Positions 24,701 to 40,320 of a DNA stretch of 64,000 bases are shown one piece after another (the stretch's first letter is position 1; each line of letters begins with the position of its first letter). The notes beneath the pieces are model-generated. The model saw nothing but the letters and a program-made list of their open reading frames with translations. It made no database searches and was not told the DNA's origin. The position numbers and the translations under genes are program-made. Origin of the DNA: Macrostomum lignano (taxonomy: Eukaryota); contig NIVC01003336.1 of assembly GCA_002269645.1 (NCBI GenBank), positions 1 through 64,000 on the forward strand, given 5' to 3'.

Positions 24701-27233
24701 TTTATTGTCTTTAGTTTGGCAATTATGCCATAAAGAATTTGTCACTTAAAAGAATCTAACCCGATCCGATCGGCAAGCCGCTTCGGCGTCCATGCGGAGC
24801 CGGGCCAGCCGGCCGGCAGCGGTCAGATCGACCTCCGTCCGGCCGGGCAGCAGGTCGGTGAAGCGGCCGGCAGACTGTTGGTCCAGGCAGTCGCGCAGAT
24901 TGTCGAAACTGCGAAGAATTAACAGCAGCTTGGGACTGCGGCTGACGGCTGGCTCCGGCGGAAGGAAACTGCATGCAGGGTGGTTGAGGCTGGGATTGTG
25001 CTCAAAAACTCAGGGGCTGGTGAGTTTGATTGATTAGCTCAAAAATCATGTTTAGCTGACTGTGTAACAAGATGTGTATCAGACATGATAAAAATGGCCC
25101 TAGAGGACATTCTGTTTCTCAAACTTAGCAGATCTTGTCTCTGTGCCATTCTTAGCAGATCTTCTCAATCTGCTCGGTTCTTGCAGGATCTTCTAAGATG
25201 GGAAGTACATTTTTTGGCTAAAGTGTTCTAGCTGAAATATATTTTATTTTATGACAAAATGGGACAATAAATTTAAGAAAATATGCGATTCGAAGCTATA
25301 AAAAGATATAAAAGCTAAGATCTTGTACGATGTAGCAAGTCGCCCAGATCTGGTAAGTTTACCTAAGTATTATTATAGCAAAGATCTTGCACGTTTTTGC
25401 AAGTACTTGCGCAGCAACCCAAGAAGATAGACAAGGTCAATGTCTTCTAGGGAGGTTCATAAAGCCCATGAGTTAAGCCCTGCCATGCATTTTTATGATT
25501 TTAGGCCCAGGAAATGTGCGTAGGATATAAAATTAACATACAATCCTAATTCTCTAAACGAAAAGCTCCATAAATACCAATAGAGCTATTAGAAAGGCAC
25601 AACATATCAAAAGATGAACACTGGGTCTGCCTCCTATCTAAAGTAATAGCAATTTTTGTGCTGAAAAAATGAAAACCTCCTATCTCCGTAGTGTATTTTT
25701 TCGGAAAAACCCGTCACCAAACATTTTCTAAGAAACGTAGTTTCCCGTCTTTCTACTTGCTGAGGCTCCGAAAGGTAAGATTCGAACTCAGAGCGACACT
25801 GACTGAATTTAGAAGCCAAAACCAGACTGAAAACCAACCCGCGAAGCTCGGTCTCCAGCGGTGACGCTGCCGCGGCTTTCAACACAGCGCTCCGCGCCTC
25901 GGCCAGCTGGCCCTGCCGCACCAGCCGCCTGGCAGCCGCCGACATCGCAGTCAGGAGCAGCCGGTCGCGCCGGCGACGCTCGTTCTGGGACGCCTCGTCC
26001 TCGTCCGGAGCCGGCGGTCGCAGCCGGTAAGGCCGCTCCGTCTCATCGTCGACGTCGCCCTCTTCAAGCTTCCGGCTGTACCAGGCGTCCAGCAGCTTGG
26101 CCGCCATCGCCGCCTCCTCTGGCGGCCGCTGTCTCGGCGATCCGTCCGGTTTTCCTGGCGCGTAGACTACCGCGTCAGCGTCATCGTCCGAAGGACGCAA
26201 GGCGACCAGGGTGCGGCCGAGGGTTCTCGCCAGCGAGCTCAGGCGGCGCTGCGACATTTGAGACCAGCGAAGCGGAGCCGCCGGCTGCGGAGGGTCGTCT
26301 TGACGGGAGTCTTCCTCCTCGGCCTCCTCGCGGCTGTGCCTCAGCATCAACAGCGCTGCCTTCGTGCCTCGACCGAGCTTCAATTCCCTGATTCGCTGGC
26401 GATTCCCCTCAGCTGAAGGTGCGACGGAGGCGGCGGCGGCAGCGGCCTCGGAAGCCGCGGCAGCGGAGTTCGCGGCCGTTTCGGCGGCCTCCGCCAGTTC
26501 GCAGCGCAGCAGGCGGAACTCCTCGGCGTCGATCTCGGCCGGACAGACTGGTTGGCCGACGCAGTCGCCGAGCATCACCAGCTGGACCTCACTGACCTCG
26601 TCGTCAAGACAGTCGGACAGGTCGGCGGCGCCAAGCCAACACCGGCCGCGCCGCGGATCCTCCAGACGGAAGTCGAGCCCGAGGCCGCGGCCGAATCGGC
26701 GAAGGCGACCGGCGGCTAGTCGAGCGACCGCCGACCGCTCGGCGTCGAAGTCGGCCGGGCCGGCGACCAGCCGCAGGCGGAAGCGCGGATCGGCTGTGCA
26801 GCTCCGGCAGATCGGCGGCAGGACGGGCGGCGCCGGCAGCGGCGGCGGCAGGGAGACAAACTCGAAGACTCGGTCCGGGCTCTTGGCGAGCTCCGCCATC
26901 AAGTCGAACTCCTCCGCCGTCTCAGCAGCCGCATCGTCGCCCGCCGCCTTCTCGGCGGACTGTTCGGCAAAGTCGACTTCGAGACAGCCGGCTCTGCTGG
27001 CCGCGGACAGGTCGCGCTTTTTGAGCACGCCGAATTCTGAGTAGCGCTGTAGCAGGCAGCGCCAGCGCTCGGCTTGAAGCTCCTGGTGGGCCTGCGGGTG
27101 ACGGTCGAAGGGGTTCGGCGGTGTGCGGAGGAGTTTATTCGAGACCAGTTTACAAATCTCTGTACAGTTGGCGGTGTACAAACAGAAAGCTAAAAATTAA
27201 GCCGCGCAAACTTCTCACCTTCACGCTGTCCAT
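18712..27233 (-). CDS. NACHT and WD40 repeat protein (NWD1/NWD2-like STAND NTPase), ~1,950 aa, at least 7 exons
   Basis: Phase-consistent exons: ~27180..25839, 24968..24761, 24691..24435, 24087..23760, 22922..20503, 20253..19490, 19250..18712. It has an NWD-type N-terminal region (DFDAERSAV..GLDFRLEDPRRG; LLDAWY), Walker A GPLACGKT, Walker B IVVLLDGVDQL, NLRKLSELPLHL and WD40 repeats (LQGHAGPITAMCVSADGRRCFTASMDNTIKTW). The 5' end is uncertain; one possible mini-exon is 27233..27219 (MDSVK|GTGAG). Confidence 0.85.
20321..20492. repeat. 21-bp minisatellite (TTCAAATACAGACTTGATGGA)n, ~8 copies, in an in-frame stop-free intron of the NWD-like gene
   Basis: Translates as (ESIKSVF)n in the ORF track. 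Flanked by donor CG|GTATTT at 20502 and acceptor CCCAG| at 20254. Confidence 0.9.
22964..23715 (-). mobile_element. hAT (Charlie-like) MITE with an internal ~600-bp polypyrimidine/polypurine expansion
   Basis: Imperfect TIRs CAGGAGTCAG and CTGACCTCAG. Flanks TGCTAGAC and GACTAGAT share a CTAGA core. The subterminal block GTTTCAAA.GACCCGAG..ATAGAGAGGCTT..GGCCGCATGTG.CCCGC.GGCC is shared with 63233-63645. Confidence 0.72.
24125..24397 (-). mobile_element. tRNA-derived SINE (family A, CORE-like central domain)
   Basis: Minus strand shows A box TAGTGGTTAGG, B box GAGTTCGATT, TGTGTCCTTGAGCAAGACACTTAA and an ATT-rich tail. Near-identical to 32095-32366. Confidence 0.85.
25098..25452. mobile_element. 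Possible old MITE with 14-bp TIRs and internal AGATCT motifs
   Basis: CCCTAGAGGACATT at the left and AATGTCTTCTAGGG at the right (13/14 inverted match). No TSD seen. Confidence 0.35.
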
Positions 27234-27878
27234 TCGGGCAGAGAATTGCAGTGCAGCGGCTATTGTTGACGAGTAGAACTCACCATTCTAGGAGAGCTCT
27301 ATTGCAAGATGAAGCTGAGCACTTATGCCCAATATATATACGTATGCTGCATACATGAAAACTGTATCGGTGACAAGCGGAAGTCCCGGTAGGAAAACTT
27401 CCGGTTAGCAACCGCATAGCAACTGTTGTACCTGACACTATAGATGCGCCATTGTGAGGAAGTGATGTGATGAAGCTGCTAATGAAGCTGAAAGGTAATA
27501 CTGGAGAATATATAATGCAATATTTGGCCTGAGGCTAGTGCCTAACAAAGGTGTACATATTTGACAATGGAGCCGCCATTATAGTGAAGGCAGACAGCAA
27601 ATGCTATGCATACGAGGCAAACAAAAATATGATGTAGAATGGCTCTGACATTCCTGTCAAGCCTTATCTGCAGATCTTTATAGTCACCTAACAATCCTTT
27701 GCGTATAGACTAGCTAACTAACAAATGGAATTAGGGATGGCGATTATGAAGGCTTACTTGTGAATTACTAATTTATTGGGCTAAGATAGACGCGGGCAGT
27801 GTATTGCTCTGACCATGAAACATGCTCATGCTGTAGGGCTTAACTGACAGCCTCTAGTAATGTGCTTCACTCCATTCT

Positions 27879-28864
27879 GATCTGGGATCGGGATCTGGGA
27901 TCGGGATCTGGGATCGGGATCTGGGATCGGGATCTGGGATCGGGATCTGGGATCGGGATCTGGGATCGGGATCTGGGATCGGGATCTGGGATCGGGATCT
28001 GGGATCGGGATCTGGGATCGGGATCTGGGATCGGGATCTGGGATCGGGATCTGGGATCGGGATCTGGGATCGGGATCTGGGATCGGGATCTGGGATCGGG
28101 ATCTGGGATCGGGATCTGGGATCGGGATCTGGGATCGGGATCTGGGATCGGGATCTGGGATCGGGATCTGGGATCGGGATCTGGGATCGGGATCTGGGAT
28201 CGGGATCTGGGATCGGGATCTGGGATCGGGATCTGGGATCGGGATCTGGGATCGGGATCTGGGATCGGGATCTGGGATCGGGATCTGGGATCGGGATCTG
28301 GGATCGGGATCTGGGATCGGGATCTGGGATCGGGATCTGGGATCGGGATCTGGGATCGGGATCTGGGATCGGGATCTGGGATCGGGATCTGGGATCGGGA
28401 TCTGGGATCGGGATCTGGGATCGGGATCTGGGATCGGGATCTGGGATCGGGATCTGGGATCGGGATCTGGGATCGGGATCTGGGATCGGGATCTGGGATC
28501 GGGATCTGGGATCGGGATCTGGGATCGGGATCTGGGATCGGGATCTGGGATCGGGATCTGGGATCGGGATCTGGGATCGGGATCTGGGATCGGGATCTGG
28601 GATCGGGATCTGGGATCGGGATCTGGGATCGGGATCTGGGATCGGGATCTGGGATCGGGATCTGGGATCGGGATCTGGGATCGGGATCTGGGATCGGGAT
28701 CTGGGATCGGGATCTGGGATCGGGATCTGGGATCGGGATCTGGGATCGGGATCTGGGATCGGGATCTGGGATCGGGATCTGGGATCGGGATCTGGGATCG
28801 GGATCTGGGATCGGGATCTGGGATCGGGATCTGGGATCGGGATCTGGGATCGGGATCTGGGATA
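27879..28864. repeat. Homogeneous 13-bp satellite (TGGGATCGGGATC)n, ~75 copies
   Basis: Direct reading; no variant units seen. Confidence 0.97.
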
Positions 28865-29299
28865 CTGCCGACTATGGTTAATTGAAACGACAAATTAAAA
28901 AGGAAAATATTCGTAGCACATTACCGCAAGTAGGATACAGTTCAATGTGCATAAAAATAATAGATCACTGAGCAAAAATGTATCAACAATAGGAATTTTT
29001 CCATAGGGAACCCCTCACTCCCAGCCTGTAGACAATAGCGAGAGGGAAAAACGCAAAAGCATGGAGCAGCTCTGCGCTAACCGACCAGAGTGTACATGCC
29101 TGACGACTAGAAAGTAAAAACACTGCCAGATAGCATCTTCTGGGTACAAAGTATCTAAAAATTGTTTTTTTTTCACGAACTACAATAAACTCAGCTTTAG
29201 TCACGAAGCTGTGAGAGGTGGAGTCGGTCGGCAGGGGGCTGTTATCGTTTAAGCATTGCTGACAGTGTTTGTTTTGCATAATAGTTCATTTATGCCCCC

Positions 29300-30070
29300 A
29301 TCTGCCTATAGATCTAACCTTTTGCATCTGTTTATAGATCTATTCTCCCATCTGTCTATAGATCTATTCTCCCATCTGTCTATAGATCTGTTCTCATATC
29401 TGTCTATAGATCTATTCTCCCATTTGTCAATAGATCTGTTCTCATACCTGTCTATAGATCTATTCTCCCATCTGTTTATAGATCTATTCTCCCATTTGTC
29501 TATAGATCTGTTCTCATATCTGTCTATAGATCTATTCTCCCATTTGTCAATAGATCTGTTCTCATACCTGTCTATAGATCTATTCTCCCATCTGTCTATA
29601 GATCTGTTCTCCCATCTGTTTATGGATCTATTCTCTCATATGTCAATAGATATATTCTCCTATCTGTCAATAGATCTATTCTCATACCTGTCTATAGATC
29701 TATTCTCATACCTGTCTATAGATATATTCTCCCATCTGTCTATAGATCTGTTCTCCCATCTGTCTATAGATCTATTCTCATGCCTGTCTATAGATCTATT
29801 CTCCCATCTGTCTATAGATCTATTCTCCTATCTGTCTATAGATATATTCTCATACCTGTCTATAGATCTATTCTCCCATCTGTCTATAGATCTGTTCTCC
29901 CATCTGTCTATAGATCTATTCTCATATCTGTCAATAGATCTATTCTCATACCTGTCTATAGATCTATTCTCATACCTGTCTATAGATCTATTCTCCCATC
30001 TGTCTATAGATCTATTCTCCCATCTGTCTATAGATATATTCTCCCATCTGTATATAGATCTATTCTCCTA
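29300..30070. repeat. 24-bp minisatellite (TCTATAGATCTATTCTCCCATCTG)n, ~32 copies
   Basis: Direct reading. Confidence 0.95.
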
Positions 30071-30632
30071 TCTCTCGCTTTCTCGCTCCGTGTCTCTAAT
30101 TTCTTGAATTCCTCATATTTCTTACTCTATCTCTATTTCCATCACTGCCTAGCTTTCGAAGCTTTCAAATCTCATACAATTTTGCTTTGTTTACAAAAAC
30201 CTCAAACACAAAAAACCAATACATTTTTTCCCGAGGCCCGCCAAGCCCAAGTGAATAGAAAAGCCTCAGGGTTTCAGTCTTTAAGCGCAGCTACCCGAAA
30301 ATGGACGGGAGAAGGAAGGGCAGATGCTGGGAAAACCTGGCTTTGTATTTATGAGTATTAGCACTTACTCGGAGACTTTTCAAAGCCATTCAATTTTGCT
30401 AACACCTTGAACGGCACGGCAGTTGTTTTCATTTTAAAATCAGAAAAAGCGCCAATAGCTGCCCCGGCAGAGCGAGAGGGAGGGCGGCAGGGACACGGAA
30501 GCAGCAGACAGGGAGGGAGTGCCGGCCTGCCTGGCTGGGGCGAATGGGAGGCGGGCTACGGCGAGGGACGCCATATAGGATGGGCGAGGTGAGGATAAGC
30601 TGAGGCAAAAAGCCACCACCGCCTCTCGATAG

Positions 30633-31898
<1,266 letters not shown>

Positions 31899-32094
31899 AC
31901 GCTTGAGTCAGGAATTGACGGACAGAATTGAGAACTGTTTGCACTCTGATTGCATTGCAGTGCACTAATGCTGCATCTCTCAGATGAAGGTAGAGAAAGT
32001 TCAGAAAGTCTAGTAGACTGATTTTTGGAAGGCGATACATTAGTTATACGATATAATAGTAATAATATTAATAAATTACACCCGCTCCCACTGA

Positions 32095-32366
32095 GTAGAT
32101 GTGCAACCCACAGCTCAGCCGCAGCTATTGCGCGGCCCATCAGAAGGCTGCGTACGGCTGTTCAGTCCAAGGACTGGGGGGTCGCCACACACAGCCTCAA
32201 TTACCCCAGCTAATGCTGGCACCCATTTTTCAGCTGGGTGAACTGAAGCAATGCAGAGTTAATTGTCTTGCTCAAGGACACAAATTGTTCCGAAGTTGAG
32301 TCGAGAATCGAACCCCCGACCTTTCAGTCGTGGGTCCAACGCTCTAACCACTAGGCTACAACCCCC
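32095..32366 (-). mobile_element. tRNA-derived SINE (family A), fuller copy
   Basis: Head GGGGTTGTAGCCTAGTGGTTAGAGCG...GGTTCGATTCTC, then TGTGTCCTTGAGCAAGAC..GTTCACCCAGCTGAAAAATGGGTGCC. The 3' part matches the 24125-24397 copy. Confidence 0.85.
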
Positions 32367-33574
32367 AATATTATAAAACAAATTAAACCCGTTGTTGCTT
32401 CTCATAGTTTTATGGCGCTGTGAAATTTGTCGTGTATACAGTACCGGTACATGTAAATCTATATGTGCGCTCGCAAATTTTTACTCTAAATCGTGAGTGA
32501 TGTTTATTTTTTATAAAATTTGTCAGGTTTTGTACACTTAACATCCATATCTATTTATTCGTTTTCTCATAATTTTGTACTTCATTTGCGACTAAAACTA
32601 CTCGATAACTATTTTTTCGGTTGCTTACATGTATTAAAAATCGCCCCAAAAATAGTTTTCTCAAGGCAGATGAGAATTTTGTGACAGCTGGATCTTGCCA
32701 CCTGTTGCTCAAGTAATCGCGCCCCATCCACGTTGCTTTGAAGGTGGGCACATTACCATTTAAATTTGGGCGGGGGGCTATGGGTTTAAAAATAGCTCTG
32801 CAATGACGCAGGCCTACAGAAACGGAGATTCGTCTTGCTTAATTTCCGCAGACCAAAGTCCATTGTTACCGCCTGGTTCTGATATTATTAGTCTGTCAGT
32901 TTAACTGGCAGACACCGCGCGATTGTGTGCAGCCAATTAAAGCCGCTTACATTCGGCTAAAATAATCATAATTGCTTCGGCGCCCCAGGTGGATCTTCTA
33001 TCACGTATAGCCAGTTTTGCGTTAATATGGCTTTTCACAGAGAAAATTTAACATTCCTTCACTAATTGTCTGTCTGTCGGTCTGCTCCTAGCTATAGAAG
33101 CAATCCTTTACTGTCTTTGTTTTTTTGTCTAAAAAAATTAACCCCAAAATAAAAGTTATTTGAAAGTCATCGAAAGCTTTGACACCTCAAATTTTTATTC
33201 CTTAAGTTTGTTTTTTGTTGCAGAAAGTGCGAAATTTTCACCTGATTTTTTATAGAAAAAATACAAGTTTATAGGCCTGCAGGTATCGCAGTGCCTCGAC
33301 TGGGTGGTCTTTCCATCAATTCTCTTTGATATTTCTCACGGTCAGGTGAGCCGTCTGTCTCATTAGTCAAATGGAATAAAATATTGATTATTAGACGATC
33401 ATGATTTAGGTTAAATTCCACCTGGGTAATTTGGTGAATTCTTAACGACAGCACAGCACGCACAGGAATTAATCAAATGGCAATAAAAATTTAATATTTA
33501 AAGCTAATTTAAATCCAGTTTCATGCATTTGGGTCACGCAAATTTGACAAGACGGGAACGCAGTCAAGCAGAGC

Positions 33575-34685
33575 AGGTGACACTGCAGTCTAACAGGTGA
33601 CACTGCAGTCTAACAGGTGAAACTTCTGTTTAACAGGTGACACTGCAGTCTAACAGGTGACACTGCAGTCTAACAGGTGACACTGCAGTCTAACAGGTGA
33701 AACTTCTGTTTAACAGGTGACACTGCAGTCTAACAGGGGACACTGCAGTCTAATAGGTGACACTGCAGTCTAACAGGTGACACTGTAGTCTAACAGGTGA
33801 CACTGCAGTCTAACAGGTGACACTGCAGTCTAACAGGTGACACTGCAGTCTAACAGGTGAAACTGCAGTCTAACAGGTGACACTGCAGTCTAACAGGTGA
33901 CACTGCAGTCTAACAGGTGAAACTTCTGTTTAACAGGTGACACTGCAGTCTAACAGGTGAAACTTCTGTTTAACAGGTGACACTGCAGTCTAACAGGTGA
34001 CACTGCAGTCTAACAGGTGACACTGCAGTCTAACAGGTGAAACTGCAGTCTAACAGGTGACACTGCAGTCTAACAGGTGACACTGCAGTCTAACAGGTGA
34101 AACTTCTGTTTAACAGGTGACACTGCAGTCTAACAGGTGAAACTTCTGTTTAACAGGTGACACTGCAGTCTAACAGGTGACACTGCAGTCTAACAGGTGA
34201 CACTGCAGTCTAACAGGTGACACTGCAGTCTAACAGGTGACACTGCAGTCTAACAGGTGAAACTTCTGTTTAACAGGTGACACTGCAGTCTAACAGGGGA
34301 CACTGCAGTCTAACAGGTGACACTGCAGTCTAACAGGTGACACTGTAGTCTAACAGGTGACACTGCAGTCTAACAGGTGACACTGCAGTCTAACAGGTGA
34401 CACTGCAGTCTAACAGGTGACACTGCAGTCTAACAGGTGACACTGTAGTCTAACAGGTGACACTGCAGTCTAACAGGTGACACTGCAGTCTAACAGGTGA
34501 CACTGCAGTCTAACAGGTGACACTGCAGTCTAACAGGTGACACTGCAGTCTAACAGGTGAAACTTCTGTTTAACAGGTGACACTGTAGTCTAACAGGTGA
34601 AACTTCTGTTTAACAGGTGACACCTCTGTCTAACAGGTGAAACTGCAGTCTATCAGGTGACACTGCAGTCTACCAGGTAACACTC
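33575..34685. repeat. 20-bp minisatellite (TGACACTGCAGTCTAACAGG)n, ~55 copies, with variant unit TGAAACTTCTGTTTAACAGG
   Basis: Direct reading; 33841-34020 is repeated exactly at 34021-34200. Confidence 0.96.
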
Positions 34686-35219
34686 TAGTATGCATCTAGC
34701 AAGTTACATTTAAGTCTAACAGATAATAAACATGCAATACATGTCGTAAAAAGTTCTCCAACAAGTTTCCACATCGAGATCACAAAATTCTGATCTGATC
34801 TGGCCTGTAACTCAACTCCTTCGATAAGGAAGGCAAGAGCAGATGAGGATCAAACCCCATCCCCGATGACTAAATGAGATATTCAAAATCAGGCCCTGTC
34901 AAAGAGGGAATCTATGCATTTATTGAGCTGAAATAACGCAGCAGTTTTTTGAGTCCCTATATATTTTTAAGTTTTATTTAGCTTGCTGCATTTTAATTTT
35001 GTCTTACAGACAAACGAAAATAAAAAAAGACAATTTTGAACAGAATTCAAGCAACAGAATTGCTTTTAGTGCCTTAAGTTAGTTTTTTTCTGCATGTTGT
35101 GCCCGTGCGCTTGCACTGCTAAAGTGCACTCTGCCCCCCCCCACGCGGCAAACCGTATTAGTTTTGGTGTTATATGCTCAGCGGTGTAAGCCGCTTAGCT
35201 GCCATTATGTTGTCTGCGC

Positions 35220-35400
35220 GCTGGTTGGCTGAGCCGCCCTGTCTGGCCCTCGCCCCGGGCTGCCCCTCCCCCAGCTGCGCCGTGATTGGCCGGTGGGTGG
35301 CTGGGCTGGGGTGGTGGGGCGGGGTGGGGCGGGTGGAGGCCGGCCCCGGGTGGGTGGTGGCCTTTAAAGGCGCGGCCGGGGCGGGTGGCTGCCCGCCCGT
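35220..35400 (+). promoter_or_regulatory. GC-rich promoter-like cluster with no identified downstream gene
   Basis: Inverted CCAAT (ATTGG 35285), GC boxes GGGGCGGGG (~35316), TTTAAA (35363), and a strong donor GTAAGT downstream at 35574. Confidence 0.4.
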
Positions 35401-35613
35401 GTGTTTTCTGCGCTCTCCTACGCAGGCCCAGAACGCCGATTACAGTTTCTCTAGACCGTGCCCCCTACCACGCAAACAATAAACATTGACCGTCTGATCT
35501 GCCAGCCGCGAACAGACTTCAGCTGCAACTAATTGACCGCACGCGCAAGGGCGAGCTGTACGTGAAGTAGCTCGTAAGTCACTGCCTTGTCTCCTTCATT
35601 TCGGGGGCTGTAG

Positions 35614-35808
<195 letters not shown>

Positions 35809-35901
35809 TAGGGTCCCGTGCGGACACTCGTGCCCTGACGCAGGCCAGCACGGGCCCGCGTACTCTGACCCTCGTAGGCGCACCCTTCCTGAGAGTCGTG
35901 A

Positions 35902-37372
<1,471 letters not shown>

Positions 37373-38574
37373 CAATTATTGCCTAAGAGTCAAAGACTGG
37401 AGCCAGCATAGCTAATTTAATAAGAAGCCACTCTGCACTGCATAAAGTTGACCATCTTTTTTAGAATATATATTGTGAGTTTGGATGTCCATTTCTAGAC
37501 TTGCTGATCTCTCAGGTCAGAAATTTGCGTGCTGTCTATGGCCAAACTTGTCTTTGTTCGACAGGCTTTCAGGCTAAATTGCGTTGCATCAAATGCGGTT
37601 TGCCAGTTTGACTAGCAAGGCTGGCAGTATCGAGCCAGCTCAAAGTGAGAAGACCCCTAACACGAGCCGAGCACTCAGGATGGGCTGGGGTGGATCGCTG
37701 GAAAAAACGGATGAAATTCCCAAGCTGGCAAGCATTAATATTCATAATTCAGTTGGCAGCTCGACAGACAGCGAAGGCTCGGCAAGGATTAGGGATAAGG
37801 ACTCCGGACGACAAAGAGGCGGGGGATTTTTTAGGCTGCCTAGCTATCCTTGTTTGGCTAGTGAAATTCCCAACAAGCAAAGATGCTTACTTCGAACATT
37901 GAAGGCCGACTAATTCTTAGATCACCTTCCCACACTCACTGAGAGTATTGAATCAGGCCGTCTGCCGTAGCAAAACCTTAGGTAGTTTTCCATGTTCCTC
38001 GCACTCAGATTGGGACACCGCATTTCAGCCCGACACAAGCTGAATTGACAGTCTAAGCCTATGATCTATCTATAAATACATTCTAGAAGGGTAAAAGTAC
38101 ATGATCTACTCTATAAAATGTACTGTAAAATAAAGAGCTGCCGTCATTTGACGCATTAATTGCCTCAAAGTTTTGTTAGACGAGAATGATAAATGAGACT
38201 CTGATTCTGAAAGTCGAACTCTCAAAGCGTAAATACAGCCATAAATTTTCAAGGTGAGCAGCTAATCTTTGGGTAAGACCGGCACTCATAAATAAGCTCT
38301 TAATGCATGCTTACAAGCGTGCCCTAGCCTTACTAAAGCTATCTACCTGGCTGCCCGCCAACTACAGACAAAGCAAAGCCGACGGAAGTGGCCTGTCAGC
38401 AAAATCAGCTGACGACAAGCTGGGTGAAGGGCGAGGCCGACCCGCCTTCCACTTTTCCTTATTTGCATAATCAGTGAATAAATACAGTGGGCGAAACCGT
38501 GCTCTCATTTCTGCATGCTGGCGTGACGTGAAGATACACAAGCGTGGAAAGCATTATAGCCTAAAGGGGACAAT

Positions 38575-40055
38575 TCTCGTAATGATTTGTGACAATTCTC
38601 ATGATTTGTGACGATTCTCATAATGATTTGTGACGATTCTCATAATGATTTGTGACGATTCTCATAATGATTTGTGACGATTCTGATAATGATTTGTGAT
38701 GATTCTGATAATGATTTGTGACGATTCTCGTAATGATTTGTGACAATTCTCATGATTTGTGATGATTCTCATAATGATTTGTGACGATTCTGATAATGAT
38801 TTGTGACGATTCTCGTAATGATTTGTGACGATTCTCGTAATGATTTGTGACGATTCTCATAATGATTTGTGACGATTCTCATAATGATTTGTGACGATTC
38901 TGATAATGATTTGTGACGATTCTCATAATGATTTGTGAAGATTCTGATAATGATTTGTGACGATTCTCATAATGATTTGTGACGATTCTGATAATGATTT
39001 GTGACGATTCTCATAATGATTTGTGAAAATTCTGATAATGATTTGTGACGATTCTCATAATGATTTGTGACGATTCTCATAATGATTTGTGACGATTCTC
39101 ATAATTATTTGTGATGATTCTGATAATGATTTGTGACGATTCTCATAATGATTTGTGACGATTCTCATAATGATTTGTGACGATTCTCATAATGATTTTT
39201 GACGATTCTCATAATGATTTGTGATGATTCTGATAATGATTTGTGACGATTCTCGTAATGATTTGTGACGATTCTCGTAATGATTTGTGACGATTCTCAT
39301 AATGATTTGTGACGATTCTGATAATGATTTGTGACGATTCTGATAATGATTTGTGACGATTCTCATAATGATTTGTGACGATTCTGATAATGATTTGTGA
39401 CGATTCTCATAATGATTTCGGGACAATTCTCATAATGATTTCGGGACAATTCTCATAATGATTTGTGACGATTCTGATAATGATTTGTGACGATTCTCAT
39501 AATGATTTGTGACGATTCTCATGATTTGTGACGATTCTGATAATGATTTGTGACGATTCTGATAATGATTTGTGACGATTCTGATAATGATTTGTGACGA
39601 TTCTCATAACGATTTGTGACGATTCTGATAATGATTTGTGACGATTCTGATAATGATTTGTGATGATTCTCATAATGATTTGTGAAAATTCTGATAATGA
39701 TTTGTGATGATTCTGATAATGATTTGTGACGATTCTCATAATGATTTCGGGACAATTCTCATAATGATTTCGGGACAATTCTCATAATGATTTGTGACGA
39801 TTCTGATAATGATTTGTGATGATTCTGATAATGATTTGTGACGATTCTCATAATGATTTCGGGACAATTCTCATAATGATTTCGGGACAATTCTCATAAT
39901 GATTTGTGACGATTCTGATAATGATTTGTGACGATTCTCATAATGATTTCGGGACAATTCTCATAATGATTTCGGGAAAATTCTCATAATGATTTGTGAC
40001 GATTCTGATAATGATTTGTGACGATTCTCATAATGATTTGTGACGATTCTGATAA
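38575..40055. repeat. 22-bp minisatellite (CATAATGATTTGTGACGATTCT)n, ~67 copies
   Basis: Direct reading. Confidence 0.96.
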
Positions 40056-40230
40056 CAGCCAACAGCTAGGTGATTCGGGATACTTGGCAATATTTAATAA
40101 GTTTTAAGTGCTGCTAAGAGTTCAACAAAGTCTTTAAGGAAGCTAAAACTACAGTATATACTCAAGATCAAAGACAGACAGCAATTAGGAAGAAGAATAA
40201 TAAAAAAGTAAATTGTTCCCCGCGGATACG

Positions 40231-40320
40231 CGAACTTGGCCAATGACGTCAATGCGGCTCGTCTAGCCATTCATTATCTACCTGTGCGAGTGCAACACGC
40301 CAGGCGTGGGCGGGGCTCTT
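40231..40320. promoter_or_regulatory. Promoter-like motif cluster (CCAAT, perfect CRE, GC box)
   Basis: CCAAT at 40240, TGACGTCA at 40244-40251, GGGCGGGGC at 40308. No gene assigned. Confidence 0.3.

Noticed and set aside
25634-25838. C-terminal part of the 515-aa ORF (LVFSLVLASKF...CYYFR)
   Set aside because: Read-through into an AT-rich intron after the donor at 25838. The spliced path continues with homologous NWD sequence at 24968.
27826-28893. 340-355-aa ORFs on both strands
   Set aside because: Stop-free translation of the 13-bp satellite.
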